Shown here: one piece after another, positions 1-9,674 of the stretch
Layout of the letters: each line of letters starts with the position of its first letter
Numbering within the stretch: position 1 is the first letter of the stretch
Assembly (NCBI GenBank): GCA_029858305.1
Contig: JAOUFI010000059.1
Coordinates: 1-13,082 of the forward strand
Reading direction: 5' to 3'
Length of the DNA: 13,082 nucleotides
Source: Candidatus Thorarchaeota archaeon
GTDB taxonomy: Archaea; Asgardarchaeota; Thorarchaeia; Thorarchaeales; Thorarchaeaceae
The notes under the pieces: generated by a model
Told to the model about the DNA's origin: nothing
The model's input: only the letters and a program-made list of their open reading frames with translations
The model's database searches: none
Made by a program: the position numbers and the translations under genes

Positions 1-47
1 CAGAAGGAGTTCCTATCCAAATTCTCAGAGGTTTTCAGCTAGAATGA
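1..47 (+). CDS. 3' end of a gene entering the window; resembles the C-terminus of coenzyme F420-0:L-glutamate ligase (CofE) family proteins
   Basis: Frame from position 3 reads EGVPIQILRGFQLE-stop (TGA 45-47), similar to the E-x-x-P-h-x-h-h-R-G motif near the end of CofE proteins. It overlaps the stop of the convergent gene. Only 14 codons are visible. Confidence 0.45.
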   Translation, partial: EGVPIQILRGFQLE

Positions 48-608
48 GAGTGGTTTGCAGAGACATGCTCTCATCTTAAGCTGAGGAAATGATTGTGTAT
101 TTGTTGGTTGTAGCACCCATGCTGTATCGGCACCTCGTCCTGTTCCTGCAATACACACCACGTCACGATCTGTTGGAACGAGACCTGCATCTGCAGCCAT
201 CATTGCAATCTCTGCGCACACTTTAGTGCCTTGACCAAACGTTCGAAGAGCCACTGCTATGATTTCCGTTGATTGCCATCCCCCGAGTTGAACTCGAATT
301 CCTCGTGCAACGCCAGCGAATGCATGAGTAGAGGTAAGAATTTGAGCCCCCTCATCATACAATTTCTCTCTTTTCTCTTGACTTAATTCATTCTCATTTG
401 GTTTAACAAATCCAGTCTGGTGAGTAACAATAATGACAGTCTTATCCTTAAATTTCCTCGCCGCAGCTAATCCTGTTGTTCCCTCGGTTGTTGCTACGAT
501 AATATGTTCAATCGATTTATTTGATTCAAGAAAGTTTCGGACAATTTCTAGGACCTTGTCAGTATGTTCTTGAGATGACTCTTCAAAATAGAAGGTTTCC
601 ATTTTCAT
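39..608 (-). CDS. Stand-alone pyruvate kinase C-terminal (alpha/beta) domain protein, conserved archaeal/bacterial family
   Basis: Motifs IIVATTEGTTG, VTHQTGF, LRTFGQGTKVCAEIAMMAADAG and IAGTGRGADTA are typical of this family. Confidence 0.85.
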   Translation of the reverse strand: MKMETFYFEESSQEHTDKVLEIVRNFLESNKSIEHIIVATTEGTTGLAAARKFKDKTVIIVTHQTGFVKPNENELSQEKREKLYDEGAQILTSTHAFAGVARGIRVQLGGWQSTEIIAVALRTFGQGTKVCAEIAMMAADAGLVPTDRDVVCIAGTGRGADTAWVLQPTNTQSFPQLKMRACLCKPLSF

Positions 609-647
609 AATGTAGTTATTGTTAACTCTCCTACTTGAGACTTCCTT

Positions 648-1094
648 CTAGGACTCACCAATCTGTTTTGCTCGAACGAACCACTCTATGACTGCAAAAG
701 CCATCAGAACTATTACTGCAAAGTAGAAATCTACGGCACCATTGGTTATTGTAGAAACAACCCATGCTGCTAATACTGCGACAACAAACGCTGCGACCAG
801 ACGAATCACATAATATTGGAAACGGTCATTATTTGTTGATTGCTCAGATTCTACGATTTGCTCTAATTCATACTCCTCTGCAATATCCTCCGGTGTACCG
901 ACCCCATTAAGTACATCCTGAATTAGACTTACCTGACTTTCTGTTGGATTATTCCTTATTTTTTCTGTTAAAGCTTCATAGATATGAGATCTAAGATCAG
1001 CAATTAGATCTTCAGCGGCAAAGCTATCTGGAAGAAGCCGAGATGTCTTCTTGATATAATCTTCAATTATTCTCTCAGTTTCACTATCAATCAT
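648..1094 (-). CDS. HAAS/DUF1700-like signalling domain protein with two C-terminal TM helices (PadR partner)
   Basis: IEDYI...DLIADLRSHIYEAL...VLNGVGTPEDIAEEY matches the HAAS pattern (E/D-L-x-x-H-I...G-x-P-x-x-I-A), and the C-terminus has two hydrophobic segments. Start moved to ATG 1094 (MIDSE), which has GGAGG upstream and overlaps the padR stop. Confidence 0.75.
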   Translation of the reverse strand: MIDSETERIIEDYIKKTSRLLPDSFAAEDLIADLRSHIYEALTEKIRNNPTESQVSLIQDVLNGVGTPEDIAEEYELEQIVESEQSTNNDRFQYYVIRLVAAFVVAVLAAWVVSTITNGAVDFYFAVIVLMAFAVIEWFVRAKQIGES

Positions 1095-1452
1095 TTCCCA
1101 GAACCTCCAGCTTTTCAAATACATTACCTACAAGTACAGTGAGCTGTCTGTAGACACGGTCTCCTTCTCCAGTCAAGACGTAGACTTTTCTACTTGGTCC
1201 CGAGTCCGACTTCTCATCATATACATTGAGAAGTCTTTCCTTTCTGAGTCGATGAAGAATCGGGTATAGTGTTCCTTCTTTAACCTGTAGAAGTCCGTCT
1301 GTTCGTTGTTCCAACTCACGAGCAATACCATATCCATGAATTCCTGATTCATGACGTTTCACTATAGCAAGTACTGCGTATTGAAGAACACCTCTTCTAA
1401 ATTCTACCTTCCAAGTTTCCTCAAAACTGGGTCCCTTTTGCAATAGAACCAA
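1087..1452 (-). CDS. PadR-family winged-helix transcriptional regulator
   Basis: RRGVLQYAVLAIV, HGYGIARELE, EGTLYPILHRL and RKVYVLTGEG are canonical PadR motifs. The TTG start is uncertain (1452 or 1443). Confidence 0.92.
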   Translation of the reverse strand: MVLLQKGPSFEETWKVEFRRGVLQYAVLAIVKRHESGIHGYGIARELEQRTDGLLQVKEGTLYPILHRLRKERLLNVYDEKSDSGPSRKVYVLTGEGDRVYRQLTVLVGNVFEKLEVLGND

Positions 1453-1506
1453 TCCTCTCAGGTGTTCTGAAACAGGTTTACGCAGGTGTCCTTAAGGTTG
1501 TCTATC

Positions 1507-2877
1507 TTAGACAAGGTCTGCATCATGTCGTCTACCTTGAATCAGGGACCTGAACTCTCTCCAGATAGTAGATGAATATTGTCTTGGCTCCCTGATAAGC
1601 AGATAGAAGAATGATGCTACAAAACGTAGGATTCCACTCAGGATGAGCATCAAGAATACTGCGAGGTATTCACTACTGAAAACAACCAACAGCAGCTGAC
1701 CCAAGAGACCTGCCAATAATGAGCCCAAGAGATAAACAAGCCCTGTGAATGTGTTGAATACAGCAATATGTGAACCTCTCTCTGTAGCTGGGGCAATATC
1801 ATAGATATAGGCAGTAATTGCATTAAATGCTGAAGCTGTACAAAATCCTGCTAGAATATTCGCAGCATACACAATCCAGACATTCCACGCAAAAGCATAC
1901 ATTATGGGGACTAGGAACAAGAATCCTCTTCCCAATAGAATCAATGGCTTTCTACCAACTCGGTCGCTTAGTCGCCCGAAAGGTATGGTGAAAATTACTG
2001 TTGAGGTTGTCATGAGAGCAGAGGCTATTGCAATTTCAAGGATTGAATTTCCCAGCCACTCTCTCTGAACAACAATAAAATATGGCCATGCCATTGACAT
2101 AGCGAAGGAGAAGAACACTGCAACAAAACTGAATCTTCTGAAATCACCAGGGCGTGATAGAAGTTTAAGCATTGGGGGAAATCTTTTTGGCCCATCATGT
2201 TTCAGAGGTTTTTCCTTGATTGATAGAGAGAGTAGTGAGGATAATATTCCTATAACCGCAGTAAGGAAGAATGGGATATAGTATGTTTCTCTCCAAGACT
2301 CTACTGATGGAAAGATGACAAGTCCAAAATCGCCAAAGGATGATCTCAATAAAGGTAGAATACCAGGAATCCCGGCCAAAATGCCAGAGATCATCGTTGC
2401 CACAAGCGAAGCAACATTAGTAATCATTCCTAATTTTCCAAGTTGGTCTCCTCTATTCTTCTCTCCCATGAGACCTCCTATTAATGATAACCAAGTAGGA
2501 ATCTGTATACTGAATAGAATAGACTGGATTGCATACATAAGTATCATATCGATTGGAGTTGCAGCCCATAGGAACAGGTAAACAAAAGTGAGCCCCATCA
2601 TCGTCCCAAAAGCAACAAATGCCTTTGCATGACCTGCTCTGTCTGATGCTGCACCCCAGGCGGGCTGAAGAACCGTTGGAGCAACATTTCCTACACTTCT
2701 GAATGCGCCAAGCTGAGTAAAGTTTAATGTTCCATAGAGGTTTGTCTGCATATCCACAAGATATGTTTGAAGGAAAGGAGCATGAAGACCCAAGGCAAAT
2801 TGAGTCAAAGCGCCAACAACGAATGCCTTCGCTGGTAGTTTTGGTTCTTCAATGGTGACAAAGGTCTCTTCAGTCAA
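1507..2877 (-). CDS. MFS transporter
   Basis: About 12 hydrophobic segments, with MFS motif A in both halves (WGAASDRAGH; FGRLSDRVGRKP). TTG start. Confidence 0.9.
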   Translation of the reverse strand: MTEETFVTIEEPKLPAKAFVVGALTQFALGLHAPFLQTYLVDMQTNLYGTLNFTQLGAFRSVGNVAPTVLQPAWGAASDRAGHAKAFVAFGTMMGLTFVYLFLWAATPIDMILMYAIQSILFSIQIPTWLSLIGGLMGEKNRGDQLGKLGMITNVASLVATMISGILAGIPGILPLLRSSFGDFGLVIFPSVESWRETYYIPFFLTAVIGILSSLLSLSIKEKPLKHDGPKRFPPMLKLLSRPGDFRRFSFVAVFFSFAMSMAWPYFIVVQREWLGNSILEIAIASALMTTSTVIFTIPFGRLSDRVGRKPLILLGRGFLFLVPIMYAFAWNVWIVYAANILAGFCTASAFNAITAYIYDIAPATERGSHIAVFNTFTGLVYLLGSLLAGLLGQLLLVVFSSEYLAVFLMLILSGILRFVASFFYLLIREPRQYSSTIWREFRSLIQGRRHDADLV

Positions 2878-3017
2878 TGCGAATTCGCCTTAGGCAGTGG
2901 CGGCAATCAGTTCCCCTAATAACTGTAATTCTGCATACCACTCACTCATATGGTCGTAGACCGTCAAACTATTATTCACCCAGCTTTGAGCTAGAGCAAG
3001 GTTGTGAAAGCAGAAAT

Positions 3018-4127
3018 ATGCTCGATGAATCGATATATCGATCGAGAATTATTCAAATTCAGAAGCAATTGAATGATTCGGATACGGACTTCATGCTTTT
3101 GACTCCTGAGGCTAATTTTCAATATCTTACAGGATATCCCCATCAAATGAGAGAACGACTTGTTGCCCTTCTCCTTAGAAAGGGAGCCGAACCGGAGCTC
3201 ATTGTTCCCGCATTCGAGGAATCTAATCATTCTTCTCAAACGTGGATAAAGGAAATCATCCCATGGGAGGAGGATGAAAGTCCATATGGCATAATTGCTG
3301 AATTGGTTGGAAAACGCGATGATGGTCCCACAGCTCTTCTAGATGAGAGTCTCCCCCTTGGCATCTATTGGTTATTAGAGAAAGCGTTTGGCAAGTTCAA
3401 GAAGGTGCTTTCAATTACCCCTACTATGAAATCTCTCCGAATTATAAAATCAGAGCATGAAGTTGCTTTATTGAGGAAAGCAGGACACATCATTGACGAT
3501 GCGGTGATGAAAGCTTTCAGAGCATCGCAGATTGGGATGACTGAACTACAGGTCCGACAGATAGTACAAGAAGAGGTCATTCGTCAAGGTGCGACTCCTT
3601 CATTTGCTGCAATTCAATTTGGTAAGAATAGTGCCTTTCCCCACGCTGATTCAAGCAATAGGGAGCTTAGAAAGGGTGATGTTATCTTAATGGACTGTGG
3701 ATGTTCACTGGATGGCTATAACACTGATATGACCCGGGTTGGTGTTCTGGGTGAGCCATCAGAGGATATTGAGTTAGTATATTCTATTGTAAGAAAGGCT
3801 CAAGAAACTGCAATAGAGAAAATCTCACGTGGCGTTGTTTGCGGGAATGCAGATGGAATTGCTCGACGTGTTATTGAGGAGGCTGGTTATGGAGACTACT
3901 TTACTCATCGCTTGGGCCATGGAATCGGTCTTGAGGTGCATGAACCACCTTATCTTGTCCGCGGAAATGCAGAAGAACTAGGTGTTGGAATGTGTCATAG
4001 TATTGAACCTGGCGTCTATTTAGAAGGGCAGTTTGGAATTCGGATTGAAGATCTAGTCTACATTCGTGAGGATGGCCCTGAGGTCATAACCTATTCCCCA
4101 AAGGACCTGATACTATTGAATCCGTAG
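3018..4127 (+). CDS. pepQ: M24B family Xaa-Pro dipeptidase/aminopeptidase P (prolidase-like)
   Basis: Creatinase-like N-domain (NFQYLTGY, ERLVALLL) and metal-ligand motifs MDCG, YNTDMTR, HRLGHGIGLEVHE, SIEPG and GIRIED. Start placed at ATG 3018 (MLDES), preceded by AGGTTGTGA. The ORF-track extension to 2877 would fill the divergent promoter region. Confidence 0.9.
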   Translation: MLDESIYRSRIIQIQKQLNDSDTDFMLLTPEANFQYLTGYPHQMRERLVALLLRKGAEPELIVPAFEESNHSSQTWIKEIIPWEEDESPYGIIAELVGKRDDGPTALLDESLPLGIYWLLEKAFGKFKKVLSITPTMKSLRIIKSEHEVALLRKAGHIIDDAVMKAFRASQIGMTELQVRQIVQEEVIRQGATPSFAAIQFGKNSAFPHADSSNRELRKGDVILMDCGCSLDGYNTDMTRVGVLGEPSEDIELVYSIVRKAQETAIEKISRGVVCGNADGIARRVIEEAGYGDYFTHRLGHGIGLEVHEPPYLVRGNAEELGVGMCHSIEPGVYLEGQFGIRIEDLVYIREDGPEVITYSPKDLILLNP

Positions 4128-4133
4128 AGATCA

Positions 4134-4745
4134 CTAAGTATCTTTACCATTTTCTGTTGTCGGATTTTCATCAGATTTCTCTGATTTACTAGTATCCTGT
4201 TCTTTCTTTTCATCCTCTGACCGTTTCTTCATAGCCTCTGCAGATTGTCGGATAAGTTCGGTCATGATGATAGAATAGATTGCCGGAAGTGTTGCGTCTG
4301 TTTCAGTCCTCTCTTTATACTCCTGTTCTGCAAGATTCCTTGCTGCTTGCAGAACTTCCTTGCTGATTTCTCCATGCCCTACTCCGGGACAATCCTTACT
4401 ACTAAGGTAGTATTTTTCTCCATTAAACTCAAGCGGATATGTTCTGCAAGAAATTGGTCTTGAATACCTAATTTCGCAACCATTTGCTTTCTCGTTGTAG
4501 AAGATGCAACAAGTACTCTCTGGCTTTTCTTCTAGAGGTTTTCGAGCCATTTCTAAAACGAGTCCGTCTTCCTCGCTTGTTGGCATCTTCATTGACACAC
4601 CTGGTATGATATTCATAAGATAGCCTTGAGCAGTCCATCTACCCAGGTCTCCAAGTGTAACAGTCACTTGAGGTCTGATATGGCAGGCTTTCGTTGTACA
4701 CTTTTGTTCTAGACATTTGAAGTTGTACTTTGATTTCTCAGACAT
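4134..4745 (-). CDS. YkgJ-like (CxxCxxCC family) Cys-cluster protein, putative Zn/Fe-S binding, with acidic low-complexity tail
   Basis: FKC-x4-C-x4-C, CCIFY, CEIRYSRPISCRTYP and DCPGVG. The likely start is ATG 4745 (MSEK), preceded by GGTGA-N5. Confidence 0.8.
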   Translation of the reverse strand: MSEKSKYNFKCLEQKCTTKACHIRPQVTVTLGDLGRWTAQGYLMNIIPGVSMKMPTSEEDGLVLEMARKPLEEKPESTCCIFYNEKANGCEIRYSRPISCRTYPLEFNGEKYYLSSKDCPGVGHGEISKEVLQAARNLAEQEYKERTETDATLPAIYSIIMTELIRQSAEAMKKRSEDEKKEQDTSKSEKSDENPTTENGKDT

Positions 4746-4919
4746 ATACTTCACCGGAGCGTAGTGATTGAGGCGTTCTGTTTATGGACAGACTTTAACG
4801 TTTTCGAAACAGCTAAAACCTCCCTTTTTACTTACACAAGTCGGCAGGTTTTTGTATAGCATTAAAACGTTTGACCCTCGCCTCAAACATTATCCCTGTT
4901 TTGACTCGGAGCATTCAAA

Positions 4920-7736
4920 ATGGCACAGAAATCTTGGTACGATAATGATGTCGAGCATGTCCTGAAACAACTTGATACTTCTGTTGATGGTCTGTCTCAA
5001 GAAGAAGCTGAAATCAGATTGCAGCAATATGGACCAAACGAGCTTTTGGAAACTGGTGGAATAAGTCCTCTGAGGATGTTCATACAGCAATTCATGGATC
5101 CTATGGTCATGATTCTAATGATTGCAATTTTAATATCGTTATTTACGTCGATATTAGGTGTGGAAGAAGAGAGTGGAATTATCGATGCCATTGTCATCTC
5201 TGCTATTGTGATTTTCAATGCAGTCTTCGGTTTCGTCCAAGAATACAAGTCTGAGCAGGCCCTAGAGGCTCTAAAACAGATGGCGGCTCCAAAAGCACGA
5301 GTCAAGAGGGATGGTCTGTGGACTATAATTGATTCTCGAGATATTGTCCCTGGTGATCTGATAGGGCTCGAATCGGGTGATCTTGTAGCTGCTGATGGTC
5401 GCGTTATCTATGCAGTTGGCTTTTCCGCAGACGAAGCCCCTCTGACAGGTGAATCAGTTTCTGTTCGTAAGGTAGTTGATCCCATTCACTTGCATTCACC
5501 TGTCGTCGGTGATATGAAGAACATGGTCTTTCAGGGCACATCAATAACAGCTGGTAAAGGAAATGCAATTGTTACATCTACAGGGATGAAAACTCAATTT
5601 GGTAAGATTGCGGAGCTTGTCCAAGAAAGCGACAAGTCGATGACACCTCTCCAGGAAGACCTTGAAGATCTAGGTAAGAAACTTGGCCTTCTTATCATTG
5701 CGCTTTGCGCGATTGTTCTTGCTGCAGAAATAATCAAGAATGTTTCTGATAGCCTTGTAGAAGAATTGTTGGCAGCGATTGCACTAGCAGTGTCTGCCAT
5801 CCCAGAAGGTCTTCCTGCTGTTGTTACCATTACACTTGCTATTGGAGTACAACGTATGGTTGCACGAAACGCTATTGTTCGTCGATTGCCATCTGTGGAA
5901 ACACTTGGCTCGACGACTGTTATTTGTTCAGACAAGACTGGAACCATCACCAAGAATGAGATGACTGCAACCACAATTTTCACGAATGGGATGACAATAT
6001 CAGTAAGTGGTGTTGGATACAATAGGGATGGAGCTTTCACTCGCGCAAGCGAATCCTTTGACATTCTTTCAGACCTGCATGCAAGAAAACTCTTAGAGAT
6101 TGGTCAACTTTGCAGTAACTCACTACTTCAAGACGAACCAACAAAGAAGTCTGATTGGACCATTGTTGGAGATCCGACAGAGGGTGCACTACTCGTACTA
6201 GCTGAAAAGGCAGGCCTTACATACAAAGAAACAATGGCAAGATACACAGAAGTATCTGAAATCTCCTTCGACTCTGCACGAAAGCGGATGACATCAATCA
6301 ACAAAGAAACAGATGGACAACTCGTTGCCTGTACAAAGGGTGCTCCTGAGGTTCTTCTACCCCTCTGCACGAGTATCTATGAAAATGGGGAGATTATACC
6401 CCTCACACAAAAGATGCATGATTCAATTATTGGAATAAGTGCTGGGTTTGCTGAGAATGCACTCCGTGTTCTGGCTTTTGCATATAGACCATTAGAGTCT
6501 GAGATACCTGATTGGGAACCTGAGAAAGTTGAGCGTGACCTCATTTTTGTAGGAATTGTAGGAATGATGGATCCTCCTAGGGCAGAGGTTAATGATGCTA
6601 TCAAGCTCTGCAAGAAAGCAGGCATTCGCCCCATCATGATAACAGGAGATCACAAGCTGACTGCTCGCGCAATTGCTGTGGAAGTTGGTCTGATTGATAG
6701 GGATGGAGAGGTCCTTAGTGGTGTGGATCTCGATCAATTATCTCCCAAGGAATTTAATGAGACTGTCATGAGGTGCAATGTATATGCTCGAGTAGCACCC
6801 GAACACAAGCTAAGAATTGTGACAGCTCTAAAAGCGAATAATGAAATCACTGCCATGACGGGGGATGGCGTGAATGATGCTCCTGCAATAAAAGCATCAA
6901 ATGTTGGTATCTCTATGGGTATCAGAGGATCTGACGTGACAAAAGAGGCGTCGGATGTTATTCTAACAGATGATAATTTTGCAACAATTGTATCAGCTAT
7001 TGAAAAAGGGCGTGAGATCTATTCAAACATTCGCAAGTTTGTTCGTTTCTTGCTCTCAGCCAACTTTGATGAAGTGTTCCTCATATTCACTATAATCATG
7101 TTAGGTTTGCCCTTACCAATTACAGCAATACAGATCCTATGGTTGAACCTGGCTACAGATGGTTTCCCAGCACTAGCTCTAGGTGTCGACCCACCTGAGC
7201 CTGGAGTCATGAATCGTCCCCCACGGAAACCAGGCGCAAAGATGATGGACCGTGGAATGGGCTCATTTATTGTAGTTGCAGGCTTCGTCGCCTTTCTGGC
7301 ATCAGTGACCGTTTTCATGTCAACTCTGACCATCTATGGTGGATGGATTCCTGGCATAACTGGTCCTGTTGTGGATTGGCACACAGATATCTCAAGTGTA
7401 ACAGGAGTTGGTTGGGAGTATATCCTGACCCATGCAAGATCCGCCGTGTTTGTGAGTGTAGTTACATTCGAGCTTCTGTTTGTGTGGAACTGTAGGGACG
7501 AGTACCATCCTGTATGGAAGACTCAGGTACGTGGATCCAAGGTGCTGATGGGCGCTGTGGCTCTATCAGTTGTTTTGACTTTATTGACTATCTATTTTCC
7601 ACCCATGGCAGCTCTCTTCGAAACTGTACCACTAAACAGTATTGATTGGGCGATAGTGATATTGACAAGTGTCCCAGCCTTGTTGATTCCACCCCACATA
7701 ATCTTTGGCCATCACAAAGAGAAACAATTTGACTAG
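4920..7736 (+). CDS. P-type IIA cation (probably Ca2+)-transporting ATPase
   Basis: LTGES (A domain), AIPEGLP (M4), CSDKTGT phosphorylation site, KGAPE, DPPR, MITGD, TGDGVNDAPA, and QILWLNLATDG (M6). Confidence 0.95.
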   Translation: MAQKSWYDNDVEHVLKQLDTSVDGLSQEEAEIRLQQYGPNELLETGGISPLRMFIQQFMDPMVMILMIAILISLFTSILGVEEESGIIDAIVISAIVIFNAVFGFVQEYKSEQALEALKQMAAPKARVKRDGLWTIIDSRDIVPGDLIGLESGDLVAADGRVIYAVGFSADEAPLTGESVSVRKVVDPIHLHSPVVGDMKNMVFQGTSITAGKGNAIVTSTGMKTQFGKIAELVQESDKSMTPLQEDLEDLGKKLGLLIIALCAIVLAAEIIKNVSDSLVEELLAAIALAVSAIPEGLPAVVTITLAIGVQRMVARNAIVRRLPSVETLGSTTVICSDKTGTITKNEMTATTIFTNGMTISVSGVGYNRDGAFTRASESFDILSDLHARKLLEIGQLCSNSLLQDEPTKKSDWTIVGDPTEGALLVLAEKAGLTYKETMARYTEVSEISFDSARKRMTSINKETDGQLVACTKGAPEVLLPLCTSIYENGEIIPLTQKMHDSIIGISAGFAENALRVLAFAYRPLESEIPDWEPEKVERDLIFVGIVGMMDPPRAEVNDAIKLCKKAGIRPIMITGDHKLTARAIAVEVGLIDRDGEVLSGVDLDQLSPKEFNETVMRCNVYARVAPEHKLRIVTALKANNEITAMTGDGVNDAPAIKASNVGISMGIRGSDVTKEASDVILTDDNFATIVSAIEKGREIYSNIRKFVRFLLSANFDEVFLIFTIIMLGLPLPITAIQILWLNLATDGFPALALGVDPPEPGVMNRPPRKPGAKMMDRGMGSFIVVAGFVAFLASVTVFMSTLTIYGGWIPGITGPVVDWHTDISSVTGVGWEYILTHARSAVFVSVVTFELLFVWNCRDEYHPVWKTQVRGSKVLMGAVALSVVLTLLTIYFPPMAALFETVPLNSIDWAIVILTSVPALLIPPHIIFGHHKEKQFD

Positions 7737-8575
7737 GTTGGAAGCCTCTTCTCCAACCAAGATGCCATATCACTTAGGACTAGGTCTTGCTCCGGTTCAA
7801 CATGCAGTTCATGATAGAGTCCTTCATAGAGCTTCCATGTTTTGTCTTTTGAGCTCAGTCTATCAAAAAACTCCTTGCCTCTGGCAGGACTGACTGCGGT
7901 ATCTAGACCTGCCTGTTGAAGCAGCACGGGTAACTGAATGTATGAAGCTGATTTGAAAGCGTCGTCTGAGGATTTTAGTGCCTGAATGCCAAATCGTGGT
8001 GTCACCATCTCAAATCTCAAAGGATCTGTTTCGTGCTCCTTTATGATACTGGGACTTCGGGTTAGCTCGTCATATTTGAGATCACTGTTAACATACTGTT
8101 TCACGTTTAGTAGGGATAGGAGATGACCTGCAGCCTTTTTACCCCAACTGATATCAAGTGTCTGACTTACTGCAGGACACTGAAGGATGAGCCCATCAAT
8201 ATCAAGTGGATATTTTATGATATAGCGAATTGCGCTTATACCCCCTAACGATGACCCGAAAAGGAATGTTATCTTGTTGAGATATCTATCCTTAACCTGC
8301 ATAATCAAATTCTGGATATCTTCAACATACTCATCAAAATTCATAACATGACCCTTCAAACCGGAATAATGTCCAAATCCACGCATGTCTGGAATAAAAA
8401 CAGCTATTCCGCGTTCAGCAAAGTATTGACCTACATTTTTGAAATCGCCAGCATGGCTACCAAGACCATGGAGTGCAATAAGTAGAGCTCTCGGATTATC
8501 GTTATCAGGACGCCAAAGGGCCATGAACATATGCGTTCCATCATACCCGATGTAGTTGGTTTCCTCGTATTGCAT
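7733..8575 (-). CDS. Alpha/beta hydrolase, lysophospholipase/monoacylglycerol lipase family
   Basis: HGLGSH oxyanion motif, DMRGFGH, nucleophile GSSLGG, acid in AGLD and His in LYHELH. The likely start is ATG 8575 (MQYEE) after GGTG. Overlaps the ATPase stop convergently. Confidence 0.9.
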   Translation of the reverse strand: MQYEETNYIGYDGTHMFMALWRPDNDNPRALLIALHGLGSHAGDFKNVGQYFAERGIAVFIPDMRGFGHYSGLKGHVMNFDEYVEDIQNLIMQVKDRYLNKITFLFGSSLGGISAIRYIIKYPLDIDGLILQCPAVSQTLDISWGKKAAGHLLSLLNVKQYVNSDLKYDELTRSPSIIKEHETDPLRFEMVTPRFGIQALKSSDDAFKSASYIQLPVLLQQAGLDTAVSPARGKEFFDRLSSKDKTWKLYEGLYHELHVEPEQDLVLSDMASWLEKRLPT

Positions 8576-8632
8576 ATACACCACTGCATGCTTTGGATAT
8601 GTTCTGTTATTTATCTTAATGTAAAAGAGAAG

Positions 8633-8655
8633 AAGATGACCCTTTGGGTCATCTT
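8633..8655 (-). terminator. Perfect 10-bp hairpin followed (on - strand) by a pyrimidine/T-rich tract; probable terminator of the hbd gene
   Basis: AAGATGACCC-TTT-GGGTCATCTT lies 10 nt past the hbd stop, and the - strand continues CTTCTCTTTT. Confidence 0.65.
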
Positions 8656-8665
8656 ATCAATTAAA

Positions 8666-9550
8666 CTAGAATCTCATTGGTTTTGGCTCTTCGCCTGAAT
8701 AATCATAAAAACCTCTTCCAGACTTCCGACCAAGCCAACCAGCTCTGACCATCTTCCGTAGTAAAGCTGGCGCTCTATATTTGCTGTCCTTGAACTCATC
8801 TACAAAGTAATCGCTTATGTAAAGCGCTGTATCAAGACCAACAAAGTCAAGTAATGTTAGTGGGCCCATAGGCCAGTTTAGACCCAATTTAATAGCTAGG
8901 TCCATGTCTTCTACAGTAGCCACACCTTCTTGAATAGCAAAAACCGCTTCAATGAGAGCTGGTACTAGTAATCTATTGACGGCAAAGCCTGGTGCCTCAT
9001 TGACTATTACCGTCTTCTTCCCAACTTTGTGTGAAACATCCTCGATAGCTTTTACTGTTGCATCGGCTGTAGCTTGACCCCTGATTATCTCGACAAGACC
9101 CATGACAGGCACAGGATTGAAAAAGTGCATACCAATGAATTTGTCAGGTCTCTTCGTGACCGCGGCCATCTGCGTGATACTTATACTGGACGTATTGGAG
9201 GCAAGAATCGTATGTTTCGGGGCTGCTCCATCGACTTCCTTCCAAGTATCAAGTTTGAGTTTGACAATCTCGGGAATTGCTTCTATTACTAAGTCTGCAT
9301 CTTTTACAGCATCCTTCAGGTCAAGAACCCCTTTGATTCTTCCCAAGATTGCGTCTGCCTCATCCTGAGTCATCTTGCCCTTCGATACACCTCGGTCAAG
9401 ATTCTTCTTGATGGTCGTTATTCCATTATCCACGAATTTCTGCTCAATATCGCGCATTTTGACCTCATAACCAGCTTGAGCGCAGACATGGGCTATCCCA
9501 TTGCCCATCTGTCCTGCACCCAACACTGCAATCTTCTTGATCTCCATCAT
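8666..9550 (-). CDS. hbd: 3-hydroxybutyryl-CoA / 3-hydroxyacyl-CoA dehydrogenase
   Basis: Rossmann GAGQMGNGIA, VIEAIPE, LASNTSS, GMHFFNPVPVM, PGFAVNR, MGPLTLLDFVGLD and LGRKSGRGFY. GAGGCGG RBS upstream. Confidence 0.95.
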   Translation of the reverse strand: MMEIKKIAVLGAGQMGNGIAHVCAQAGYEVKMRDIEQKFVDNGITTIKKNLDRGVSKGKMTQDEADAILGRIKGVLDLKDAVKDADLVIEAIPEIVKLKLDTWKEVDGAAPKHTILASNTSSISITQMAAVTKRPDKFIGMHFFNPVPVMGLVEIIRGQATADATVKAIEDVSHKVGKKTVIVNEAPGFAVNRLLVPALIEAVFAIQEGVATVEDMDLAIKLGLNWPMGPLTLLDFVGLDTALYISDYFVDEFKDSKYRAPALLRKMVRAGWLGRKSGRGFYDYSGEEPKPMRF

Positions 9551-9674
9551 ATACCGCCTCGTAATCTCTGTGAGAGATGTTCTTCGCTCTTTATAGCTAC
9601 TAAATATGTCTGTCTGTTGATGAGGGACTCTATCGATGTTTGTCTAAATGAAACAGTAATGCTTCTCAATGCAC

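Noticed and set aside
2877-3017. N-terminal extension of the peptidase ORF (similar extensions at 10305-10379 and 1095-1124)
   Set aside because: The extensions occupy promoter space or overlap neighbours, and downstream ATGs have better RBS context and match family lengths.
4815-4852. Imperfect inverted repeat AAAACCT...AGGTTTT between the YkgJ-like gene and the ATPase
   Set aside because: Short, low-complexity arms with a long spacer; could be an operator but is not distinguishable from chance.
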